Part shown: piece by piece, positions 50,926-62,465 of the stretch | Numbering within the stretch: position 1 is the stretch's first letter | Layout of the letters: each line of letters starts with the position of its first letter | Assembly (NCBI GenBank): GCA_028534125.1 | Contig: CM052816.1 | Coordinates: 46,068,001-46,132,000 of the forward strand | Reading direction: 5' to 3' | Source of the DNA: Lama glama | Lineage: Eukaryota | DNA length: 64,000 bases | The notes under the pieces: model-generated | What the model was told of the DNA's origin: nothing | The model's input: only the letters and a program-made list of their open reading frames with translations | Databases searched by the model: none | Position numbers and translations under genes: made by a program

Positions 50926-53096
50926 TCTATTAATTATGTGGAGGAGAAAATGAAGGCTAGGAAGGTGCAGGCTCCAACTCAGTGATTAAAATGCATCATT
51001 TGTAAATAATCTTTAAGAACAAAGTAGAAATTAAGGGTCAATAAAAGCTTTATTAAGATGATTTATGGCATTAGTTAGGAGGTATTTTCCATTACAGGCA
51101 GAGCCATGCACTGGAACCAATGTCTACTTTATACCTCCAGTTCTTCATGAATATCTACTGTGTGCATACAGATACAAAGGTATAAAAAGTAAGGCTCAGT
51201 TTCTGTTTTCCAGGAGGTCAAAGGGGAATAACAGAGGACAGTTACAATCCAACATTGCAGAGGCAATGACAGAAATATGTACATAGTATTTTATTCTAAT
51301 CGTCAGTGGGAAATAAATTTACCTGGAATTTTTCTGGGTGGTGGGCTCACTCTTCTTGATAGTAAAATTATACAATGAGAAGACCACAGAGTTCCTGAAT
51401 TATCTGTAGAAGCTTGAAGGCTGGCTTCAGACTTGGATCCAGTGAATCCAACCTGAAATGCTATTTCATATACCAGCATTTGGTTACTGGCCTCCCTCCA
51501 TTCTTACAGGAAACATGGTCAAGTTTTACTAGGGGAGCTATTAGGAGGATGGAAATAGTTAGCCCTTTAGTTCAGTGCATACTCTTCAGTATTCCAATGA
51601 AATGGGAAAAAAAGAGGAGACTTTTATTACTGCATTGGAGACAGCCCCACAGGCACCCATAGCACAAATGCTGTGAACATAAAAATGGTGGAAAGTCTAA
51701 GGGAATGAGAGGGAGTAGGGAAGGGAGTAAGAAGTGGACACTCCTTGACTCAGTGGTAACGCTAATAAATATTCCCTCTGACCAAGCCAGTTTCCTTGGA
51801 CTGGCACTGAGAACATTTCCGCCACGTTTTCTTCTGGTTTCATAGTAACAAGAACAAGAGAATCCATGACTTTTCAGCATTTTTGCTGCATTTCTGAATG
51901 AATGCAAGTGTAGTCATCCTCTTAACTGCATCTGGGGTAGGCTCTTGACTTCTCTCATGAGTTACAGAAGGAAGAATGGTGCTAAGGAAACACATGCCCG
52001 TGGCTAGTCATTCAACACAACTCAGTAGTAAAAGGACATATGGACCTCCCTGCCTCCAGTCCCCTAAGCCTTTGCAACTAGACAGGAAGAAAGGGGTCAG
52101 AGATAATACATTATCCACAAAGGGCAAAGAAGAGGCTATACTGGTCAGAGATTGTACCCAGGAGTCAATGGTCCATATCTTGTACTCATGACTCTAGACT
52201 GAGTCTAAGCAAGCTTGGAGCCACCCAACACTTAGCCCAACCTATCTAATCAAGAGTGGCCTTTCTAATTCATTTACTCTTACCAGCACCACCATCAGTC
52301 CTGATTATCTCTGTCACATTGACTGATGGGCAATCTGTCTCTAACACTAGTATGGCCTAGGGGACAGATTAGCCATACTTGATTATCTGCACAGAGTAAT
52401 AATTTTCCTTTTGTAATATTTTCATGTAAATCTTCTTTAACCAAGGAACTTGGTTTTGAATCTCCAGTCTCTTATGAAAATAGTTTTGACTCCTCAGATC
52501 AGAGAACTCCTCAGATTAAATGTCAAGATGCTTTCATTTACCTACCCTTTGTATGATTTTGGCTTCATGCACCTATCAAAGTGATCCAAAGCAGGGAAGG
52601 TGGGGGAGAAACTTGGAGAATGGAAAGGCAGAAAAACCTAAGAGAAAGAATCTCTTTCCCTGAAATCTGAAAGCCTCTGAAGTCTGTGCTTTAGCTTAAC
52701 TCTTGGCTAACAAATGCTCCCTCTACATCCAGACTAGCACTGCCAAATCATTAATTGTAAAACATTGGAGAAACCTTCAGCCATAAAAGGAGGCTCTAAA
52801 GAATATCTTTGAAGAGAAAGTAAAGGGGAGGGTTTGCCTTACTCTTGCCAGAATATTCAAACCTTGCATTTTCCTTACATTGAAAGCCAAACCTACAAGC
52901 TTACTCTGATGCATCAACATAGGATGCAGTGTGGAAGGGTACTTATGTGTGGAAAATTCCAATTTCAAGGAACTAGGTAACATTGCTTTAGTTTCACAAA
53001 CCCACAAGTCTGGATGCTTTAGACAGTAGGAATAAAATTATCTTCCCTGACTTGTGCTCCTTTCTTTAGTGTATGATGGTGTACATGGACATGTTT

Positions 53097-53103
53097 ACAC
53101 ACA

Positions 53104-53137
<34 letters not shown>
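53097..53137. repeat. (AC)n microsatellite with one interruption
   Basis: Directly visible. Confidence 0.97.
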
Positions 53138-53885
53138 ACAGGTTAATGCAGTCTCTGGAATGCAGAAGACAGAAGTGCCAGACATGTCCAAGGAAGGCCA
53201 GAGAGCACTTTATTCCAGTTTTGTCCAGGGTATCACCTTGTTTATCTTTGGCTTTTCATTAGAGCTGCTGCTAAACCCCTGAAATCCATCTTAATATTTA
53301 AGCAGGATGGAGCCCAGATAAACGAGCAAACTAGGGGTGGGGTCCAAACCAGACACTGTTCTTTGGGCCTGGGAAATGTTACTCCCTAGTGTGTTGGGAT
53401 AATCAAGCTGATTAATTACATATGCTTTGAAGGAATAAGTAAAGTTTGCTGTTTTTCAAATAAATTCCAGTTATCAATATGTTTTTCTTTTCTTGAACAT
53501 AGATGTTTGCTGCTTATTCTTGTCAGTGTATAGAATATTTTCCAGGTAGTTATTACAGATATCTTTAAATCAATAGTTAATAATATGATATAGTTTATAT
53601 TTCACATTTGAAAGAAATAACAGTGTCTAATTATTTTCATAGCTCTTTTTGGAAAGGTATTGTGTTGATATACAAAGGCAAATTATTCCTGAACTATTTG
53701 TTTGAAAGGAAAATTGACTTTTTATGCCATGAGATAATCAGTTTGGATTAGTTGCTATGGAAAATTTAATATTGACTGGGCATCCTTCACTAAACGATAA
53801 ATCTTCTAGTCCATCTTTATATATAGCTTATCATTTAAATTAGCTTGATCACTAATGTAAGCTGTTGTTTCTTCTTGCACTGCAG

Positions 53886-53923
53886 GTGGAAAGAGAGCGA
53901 TTTTAGGTTGCACTTTAAACATG
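53886..53923 (+). other. Candidate 38-nt exon ending in ATG
   Basis: Branch-like cactaat at 53850-53856, acceptor tttcttcttgcactgcag|, and donor ATG|gtaaga. Confidence 0.4.
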
Positions 53924-55199
53924 GTAAGAAGATGAAATAAAAGAATACACTTTTTAAATGATAGGAGGTTGTAAATAAGGTTTTGTCTCCAATAGGCTAA
54001 GTAGAAATTTCATGAGGCAGAGCCTGCTGCACAGGCTGAAAATAAACATAACAACTCATACAATATTAGACCCATAATTCTTCCTCTGGAGAAGTGAAGG
54101 GAGTTTTCTACCTTTTAAAAGTTAGAAATTCTGATCGTCCCTTTGTGTGCTTAAGTTGTTTTTAATAACAGCCTCTAATTATTCTCTCACTTGAAAGGTT
54201 GAGCCACCTCCTGCTGGATTGTACTATGAGTCATAACAACCTCAGCAACTCTGTCTAAAGTAACAAGCTCCAATAGCAAATATCCACAAAATTAATTATG
54301 TGGGGGAAAATAATAATAATGCAGGAAATGTACATTAAGCCTCTGATAAAAATGAAGAAGCATCAAAATCTAATACATTATTTTGAAAGGCTTACACACA
54401 CACACAAAAATAATTAATAGTCATAGGAAGGGCTAATATTGGTGATAAGATTGCATTTATCGTTGTTGTCTTTCAACACTTTGGCTTGCGTAGGATGCTT
54501 AAGCAAGAACAATTGCATTGTAAAAGAGGTCCTGATACGTTGATGACGCAAATAGGATGATTTAGACTGTTGTAAACCACCTAACTGCTACTTTTCAAGT
54601 TAGCTGATGTAACAAATGTGAGATTTGCTGGTATTGATACTCCCTGCGTTTCCATCTGCCTTGCAAACCATAGCAAAACAGTTTTGTTTTGTTTTTTTTT
54701 CCCGTCAATAACTTCTCTTCTTCTCACATGAATAATCTGAGAAAAAGAGGTTTGGAACAAGAACATGCTTATTAACAAAAGGAAAAAAGGGTGACTATTT
54801 CCATTAAATATTGTTTCTCTTTCCTGTATCCTCACAGTAATATTGCAAGGGTGCTAGCAATTGTTGCTTTAACTCAAGGGATGAATGTTTATATGTAAGA
54901 ATGAATCATCAGTATTTATGAAAGGCCAATTTAAAATCTCAGTTATTTGTTTTGGTATAAATGGTATTTATGACAAGGATGCATGTTCAGAACCATTCCA
55001 GTGCATGTATATTTTTGGTTAGAGTTTGGTGAGAGACCACATAAAATATCTTTACCATCAAGCCATTTTAGTCAGACTACTAACTGGCTAATTGGTTAAT
55101 TAGTTATAGTGAAATGAAATAACCAGTTCACTCTAAATCTAAAATACAGTTATTTTGGATTTGGTTCCAGATTGGCAGGGTTTGATGCTAATTGGTGGT

Positions 55200-55577
55200 T
55201 GTATTTGTTTGCTATGGCTGCCATAACAAAATACCCCACACTGGATGGTTTAAACAACATATATTCATTTTCTCACACTTCTGGAGGCTAGAAGTCCAAG
55301 ATCAAGGTGTCAGCAATTTTTTTTTTTTGTCTGAGGCCATTCTTCTTGGCTTGCTACCTTTTCCACATGTTCTTACATGGTCTTTCCCTCTGTGTGTTTG
55401 TCCTAATCTCTTCTTCTTATGACACCCATCAAATTGGATAAGTCCCATCCTATAGACCACATTTCAACTTCCTTACCTCTGGAAGGACCCTGTCTCCAAA
55501 TATAGTCACAATGTGAGGTACTGAGGACTAGCGCTCACACGTGTGAATTTTGGAGGGACACAGTTCAGCCCACAGCA
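55200..55577 (-). mobile_element. MaLR solo LTR (MLT1B-like)
   Basis: tgtatttgtttgctatggctgccataacaaaatacc...ctggaggctagaagtccaagatcaaggtgtcagca...gaattttggagggacacagttcagcccacagca. Confidence 0.93.
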
Positions 55578-57054
55578 GCAGAGATTAGGGTTAATACCTT
55601 TTGTTAACCTAACTGTTGAGCTTTTTTCTCAACTGTTGGTAACAGGGGCTTTATATATATATTCATTAATATCAGCATGTTAATAAATAATTAATACAAA
55701 ACAAATAGTAGAAAGATACAAGAGAACATAAGAGAACATTTATCTAATATCTGGGTAAATTGGACTTTGAAACATTTACCCAGTCTCTTGGAATTGCTGT
55801 AACCAACTGTTTTATTACTTAATTTCTTGTACAGATATTTACTGTAAAATTAAGTTGACTTAAATGGATTTTATTTTCTTTTGAAAGTCTGTTCTCCATT
55901 TCATAACAGTACTTGCAGTGATTAAAGGGCCTCCAGAGGCTCTAAAAAAAAGAATAGAAAATGACTATTCGATATAACACATTACAATTGCAATGAAATT
56001 GAACTTTTTAATCCTTTTTGAAAACAAGAATGTAATTTGGAATTATTATTAGTAGAATGATATATCTGGAAAATTACAGAGCATAAATGTACCAACCCAT
56101 GCTATTAATGAAATTTCTAGAAAGTAAACAGTAGCTGTCTTTGGGAAATTGTAGTGTTTAGTAATACAGTTCTACTCATATATAACAATTGCTAAAGGCT
56201 TCCCAAGTTTTCATCCATTACTGAAGCACCTCAAGTCTAGGGTAAAACCTGGTATCTGCTTGATAACACAGAGCAATTTAGCATGTCTATCCCAGTTAGG
56301 AAGTGAAAGTGATAAAAATACAAACAAATGTTATGCTGTGTGAAATTCCATCTAGCCCAGAGGGTGACTTATAGCTGAAATTGAAATGTTCAGTTCACAT
56401 TCATGCTACTGAAACAGAGGACAGGCTATAGATTCAGACAAAACAATGAGCCAAATAAAACTGTAGACATTGCACAGTGCAATAATTATTTTAAAACTTT
56501 TGAAGTCTTCCTCTGTCTCTGTATATCCTAGGTGGAGTGGAACTTTGCTTCAGCAGCCACTGGTCCACAAAAAGTATCATTTTGTTCTTTCAGTTAAGAG
56601 GGCAAAATGCCATTCAGATGCCAAATAGTTCTACAGCCTTTTTTGGAGTTGTGTTTTCAGTCCACCAAAATATGTTTTTGGTGCAGTTGTTACTTTGAGA
56701 GTGGGTTGTGAGGACAAAGGCTACTGGCTTTGGGATTGCAGCCTGCCTTTAATCAGGATAGAATTCTTTGAGACTTATTGAAAATGTGCATTTGTTTGCA
56801 TCAGCTTTGCTTTCTATTTATCATAGAAGAAATTCTTTGTTTAGGTATTCAAAGTTAAGATGATTTGAGACAGATGAAAGTCTGAGATTATAGGAGGAAG
56901 AAGAAATGTAGTTTCATGGAACCAAAATACAAGGACAATACTTTCTGCAGGATGAGAGAGAAAAACAGCCAGTCTATTACCTCTTAAAACTGTTATTCTA
57001 CATGCTTCCATTGGTGGATGGGGGTCTTAGTAGTCTCAACAGGCAGAACCTTAC

Positions 57055-57175
57055 CACTCAGGAGACAGCCACACTTGAATACGTAATGGACTTCTGGAGA
57101 TATGTTGAGTGATTCCTGATGTGTGATACCCTCTGTCTCTCCTTTTTGGCCAAGCTCAACACAGAGCATAAAGGC
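57055..57175 (-). other. Candidate 121-nt antisense exon
   Basis: Minus strand: ctgtgttcctcttag|GCCTTTATG...TGAGTG|gtaagg; one frame is open (AFMLCVELGQKGETEG...). Confidence 0.25.
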
Positions 57176-57679
57176 CTAAGAGGAACACAGTTGAATTATC
57201 AAAACTGATTTCTCAAAGCTGTCGATGAAGATTGTATGTTGTTAATACCATGAAGATTAGTTATTTAGTGGTTGCTATTAATTGCCATTCAAACTTTCCA
57301 TTTCAAAAGATTGAGAATAGGCATGTGCATTTAAAATTCTATTTAGGGCAAATACTTCATGGTAATCAAGCTAATTTTGATGTACAAAAATGGCAAATGA
57401 TGATAGTTTTAACCAATTATCTGATATATCTATAAATGTTGGTCATTTATTTGAATGATTAAAAATACTAGGTGTTCAATAAATTGTGTTGAGTTGAATA
57501 AATGAACAGTTCACAACACAATGTTACTTTTCCTTCAGCAGCAGTTTCCTACTCCTTAAGCCTAAATTTTATGGATACTTTACTTAACTGAATCTGTTTT
57601 TTCATTTGTTTTGTGTCAGTAGCCTCCTGTATTTTAAAATGAGGTCCTGCTATTTTACAGAACTAAATCTAAGAGACAG

Positions 57680-57870
57680 TAGGAGAGCATAGGTTTTGCC
57701 ATCCTACTGACTGATTTGAAACTCAGCTCTACCACTTAGTTTGACAATACTTTAGTGCTTCAGATTTTCCACAGACGTATAATGCAAACAATAACAGCCT
57801 TGGAAGGATTAAAGGCATTAATGTATGCAAAGCGTTTAGAACATTGTCTGGCACATTAAAGGTGTTAACT
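57680..57870 (+). mobile_element. MIR SINE
   Basis: gatttgaaactcagctctaccacttag...gaaggattaaaggcattaatgtatgcaaagcgtttagaacattgtctggcacat. Confidence 0.85.
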
Positions 57871-58694
57871 CTGGTTAGCACCCCAGTAACCTGAAACTGA
57901 GCCTTCCTTTTGTATCTGTATCTATCATTCCTACTCTTGACTAGATGATTTCTTGACTGCACATGAGGGAACTTTAGGGCTAGAACTAAAAAGAGAGAGA
58001 GAGAGAGGAAGAAACATGATTTTCATGGAAATAATCTAAGGCAAATTACTCTTACACACTGCTGAGCTATACCTAATGATTAGTCCCCAGGCTGATCCAT
58101 CATCAGTAGTTTGTAGCCAGTTTGTTTCTTACCCTAGAGTAAAGCTGAAGGCACTTCTTTCTTTAACAAACTAGACATTCATTAAAGTAAGCAGGGGACT
58201 AGAGGATTAATTGCTATTGTAAAGTATAATGAATGTTACAAAAGCCATGAGCTTACTAATAAAGAAAAAACACAATTCTTCCTAAAAGGTAAAACAGAAG
58301 AACATCTTTTTGAAGAAATGTACTTAGTTATAGTAGAAAAAAAAACTTATGAAATTCTATTCTCCCTTTCTAGCTATGCTCAGAATAGAGTAAACTTGAG
58401 GGCAACCCTTAGTCATCTTCTCAGAAGTCAGTCCCACCAAAGCTGAAACTGATTTCTCTCCAAATTTTATAGCATTTCCATTTTATTTTTTAATCCCACT
58501 TCCTGGGTGTCCCATTAATACTGCCCACTTCTAAATATTCTTTTTTCAATGTCAGTTCATTTGCCTATGCTCAAGTTTTGAATATTATTCTTGATTTCTT
58601 CCTTAACCCTTATATCCAGTAAGTCACTAGTCATCTTACTCTAATACCATAATAGCTCTAAATGAGCTATTTCTGTACAGTTCTCTATATTTTG

Positions 58695-58915
58695 GTATTA
58701 TAGTTAAAAACTTAGCCTCTAGAATTAAATAATCCGTGTATAAACCCTAATTCTGGCATGTGATCTTAGGTCAGTTCCTCATTTGCAAAACAAGAATGAA
58801 AACATTACAGAGCTTTACGGTTGTAAATATGAGTGCCTTAGTGCCCGTAAGGGCTTGACACCATGCCTGCTCCAGAAGGCTTCGGTACACGGTGGCTGTT
58901 ACCCTTACTGTTGTT
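58695..58915 (+). mobile_element. MIR SINE within degraded L2-like sequence (~58400-59540)
   Basis: atgtgatcttaggtcagttcctcatttgcaaaa...gtaagggcttgacaccatgcctg. Confidence 0.7.
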
Positions 58916-59546
58916 GTTTCCATTGTCACCACTCTAGTCAGTTCCCTACTGCTTCTTTTCTGAGTCACAACAGCAGTGTTTCCACCTTCAGCCTCTCTCA
59001 TCATGGGTTATCCTGTATAACACTGTGGGACTAATCTGTTGACTCTGTACTGCTTGCCAGATTACTGTCTGCCCCTAGAAGGCCATTCTGGGGAGAACAG
59101 AATCATCTGGCCATCTCTGGAGAGGTTGTCCATTCTGCCTCAGCCTCTCTAGCATGTTCTTACACTCTTACCTGATGTCTTTATTGGGGTGTACACCATT
59201 TCCTAGATGTGCCAGATGCCTCCCTGCTTTTCAGTTTTGCTTATACTGTGCTTTCTGTTTGGATGCCTTTTACCATTGGCAATTGTTAATATTTAGTCAT
59301 TCTTTAAATGCTACATCAAATAGCACATCTTTCATTGAATCTTCTTTAGGTTTCAAGTCAGAAGTGATCCTTTATTGCCTTCGTTCAATTGATCTTCTAT
59401 AACATTCTGTACTTCCTTTGGGTTGCCTGTCTTTTCCATGATGTATCATATACTGTAGTTGTGGTTATGCTGCTCACCTCTCCGTGACTCCAAGGTAAGC
59501 TTCAAATGGAGGGATCCTATGTCCTAAACATTTTGACCATGTAGAT

Positions 59547-59870
59547 CAGTGATTCCAAGAATGTAGAGAAGGTACCAGTGGTGACATGAAATGTGCTTTT
59601 AGGTCGTCCTCAGTTAGAGATTTCAATAACACTGAATCACATAGTAAGAAATGTATAACTTTTAAAAAGTCCTTATGGTTCCATCAAGAAAGGGCCCCCT
59701 ATTTAGTGCTGTCTCTAAAACCTCTCTAATAACTATTAAATTTTTTAAAATAAAATTGAATAGGCTCCAGATTCAGAATCTTCATAAATCAGCCGTCTCT
59801 AGCCAACACTTCAACAATTCTGTTTTGTTTCCATTGTATACATTTTTCTAGTTAAGAAACCATACTGACT
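59547..59870. mobile_element. hAT-Charlie-like DNA transposon fragment
   Basis: Begins cagtgattcc (Charlie-type CAGTG end); aataacactgaatcacatagtaagaaa and ttttgtttccattgtat resemble Charlie4-type elements. Confidence 0.5.
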
Positions 59871-60358
59871 GAGTAACAGTACAGCTGGTATGGGGATTTG
59901 GCAGAGTAACTGAAGATATTCTAGCAATGTCCAAAGGCTGTCCTGTAAGGTCTGGCATAGTGCCCTGTCATGGTAGACCCTGAACAGATGTTGGTCATTC
60001 TCCCATTCCGTAATACTTCAGAAGAGAGTTTTGCAAAAAGGGGCCACTAGTTCTTATCTTTCATTACAAGAAGAAATAATCTAATAATCCCCATCATTAT
60101 CTTTTTCATCATTCAAAGTTCCCAGACTGGTCTCCAAGCTACCATTTACAAGCAGATTGATTCCCCTTAGCCTCTTCTACATAAACACTCCACCACTGCA
60201 AGGTGCTGGGAGACAGTCATGAATTCGTGTTAAAATACTCAGACTCTTCTTTATGCTGTTTGCACAAACCCTGAGGAGAAGGACTGAATGAATCTTATCT
60301 TCCTTTGCAAGTAGTTGACTGTAATGAGCTTACTTAACATCAGAAAGAAGATTGTTAT

Positions 60359-60700
60359 TGCTATGGACTAAATTGTGTCTCCTCAAAATTCAGTCCTAAC
60401 CATCAGGGTGATAGTGTTTGGAGATGGTACCTTTGGGAGGCAATTAATGTCAGATGAAGTCACAAGGGTGATACCCTCATTGATAGGATTAGTAGCCTAT
60501 AAGAAAAGGCATCAGAGACTTTGTTCTTCCTTTGGAATGTGAGGACACCGAGAGAAGATGACTGTGTAAAAAACAGGAAAAGCATCCTTACCAGAACCCA
60601 GCCATGCTGGCACCCCGATTTCAGACTTTCAGCATCTAGAACTTTGAGAAAATAAATAATTTTCTGTTGTTAAAGCCACCCAGTCTGTTTTTGACAGCTT
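60359..60700 (+). mobile_element. MaLR solo LTR (MLT1A-like)
   Basis: tgctatggactaaattgtgtctcctcaaaattca...ggagatggtacctttgggaggcaatta...catgctggcaccccgatttcagactttcagcatctagaac...aagccacccagtctg. Confidence 0.93.
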
Positions 60701-61698
60701 ATGGCCTGAGGACCATAGGCTCAGAATATTTCCCTATTCCCAAAAGAAGAGGATGTGGCCTCTGAAAAACATATGCAAGCATCTAAAAGTGCACGTAATA
60801 CTTAAATTGGGAAAACATTTCTACTGAATACTAAATACTGAAATAATATTAAAGACCTGAGTACGAAGGAACCACTGTGGCTCCATCTTCTATTTTAAGA
60901 CAACTGGATACACGTAAGTGGATAATACAACCTACTAAAAGGTCATTCTAAATATTATTAATTCAAAAACCATCTTATATAACATGAGGAATTGTCTCTC
61001 TTTTTTTTGTCTTAATCTGTTCTGTCATCTGAGTCAGCCATTGTTCATCATGAAAATACCCTGAGTCACACCTGCATCATAGCAGATCATGATATCCAAT
61101 GACTGAAGATGACATAGGAAGGGCTGGGTCCTTTGCTGACATGTGTCTTCCTGGCAGAGCCAGCATCTTCCATAGTGTCATTAAGCCACCTGCCACTCAG
61201 TTACCTTTGCTTCTTTGTTAATTTTATTCTACCGCTACATGTTTCATTAAGAAAACATAAAGAGATTAACAAGAACAACAACAAAAATATTTTAACATTG
61301 CTATTGGTCTAGGAATTAAAAGTATTTGGCCAAATGATTCTATTTCTTCATTAATGTCAACTCTTCAAAAATTCTAATTTTAATAAATTATTTGATTAAA
61401 TGGAGAAAATAAATCCAGAAGTTAATTTATATATGCTAACAAGAAATCACAGGGTTTTTTCCACATTGGTGTTACCTTCGAAAGAAACAGACTTAAAAAA
61501 TATGTTTAACCAATATATTACTGCATCTTCAGCTAAAATGTAATTTTGGATAACATGTGGGAAATACAAAGTGGATCTAAATTCTTGTGTTCTAGATGAT
61601 ATAAAATATTTTTGTGTGTATTGACTTGATGATACTTAAGGTTAAGAACATTTCTTTATGTTTTAAATAAAAAGTAAAAAGTTAAAACGGTGATGGAA

Positions 61699-62465
61699 GG
61701 AAGAATGACATAAGCAAACTGGCTGAATAAGACATTTCTTCACATGTAACACTCCCCAACAACAATAATTTTGCATCTACCCACAGATGGAAATACTTTC
61801 ATGGGAGATTTGGGATCTAGGTAGGAGATAGTGACGTGATATGTATATATAGAAAACCCTAAAGGCTCTACCAAAAAAACCTGTTAGAGCTAATAAATGA
61901 ATTCAGCAAACTTGCAGAAATCAGCATTCAAAAATATCTGAAAGAGAATTATTAAAGAAAACGATCCCACTTAAAAAAACAAAAACATTAAAATACTTAG
62001 GAATAAATTTAACCAAGATTATGAAAGATCTGTATCCTGAAAACTATAAGATTTTGATGAAAGAAACTGAAGACGTCACAAATAAATGCAAAGATATCCC
62101 ATGTTTGTGGATCAGAAGAAATAATATTGTTGAAATGTCTGAACTACCCAAATCCAAAATATAGGTTCAAAGGGTCAAATACAAATTTCCAGTAATAAGA
62201 TGAAAAAGTATGTGGACCTAATATTAAGTATAGAGTCTGGTTAACAGTACTGTATTATATGTTTTGAAAGTTGCTAAGAAAGTATATCTTGAATGTTCAC
62301 ATTACAAGAAGTAAATTGTAATTCTGTGAGATGATGGATATGTTAACTAACTTTATCCTGTTAATCTTTTCACAATATATACATGTTACCAAGTTGCCAT
62401 GTTGTACACCTTAAACTTGCACAATGTTACATGTCAATTATCTCTCAGTAAAACTGGAAAAAAAA
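61699..62465 (+). mobile_element. Internally deleted L1 (L1MA9/L1M2-like): 5'UTR head + ORF2 RT fragment + 3'UTR and poly-A
   Basis: 61699-61834 resembles an L1 5' start (gacataagcaaactggctgaataag...tttgggatctaggtaggag). 61832-62170 is ORF2 (tatatagaaaaccctaaag = YIENPK; aaatacttaggaataaatttaacc = KYLGINLT). 62170-62465 is a 3'UTR ending gtacaccttaaacttgcacaatgttacatgtcaattatctctcagtaaaactggaaaaaaaa. Confidence 0.85.
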
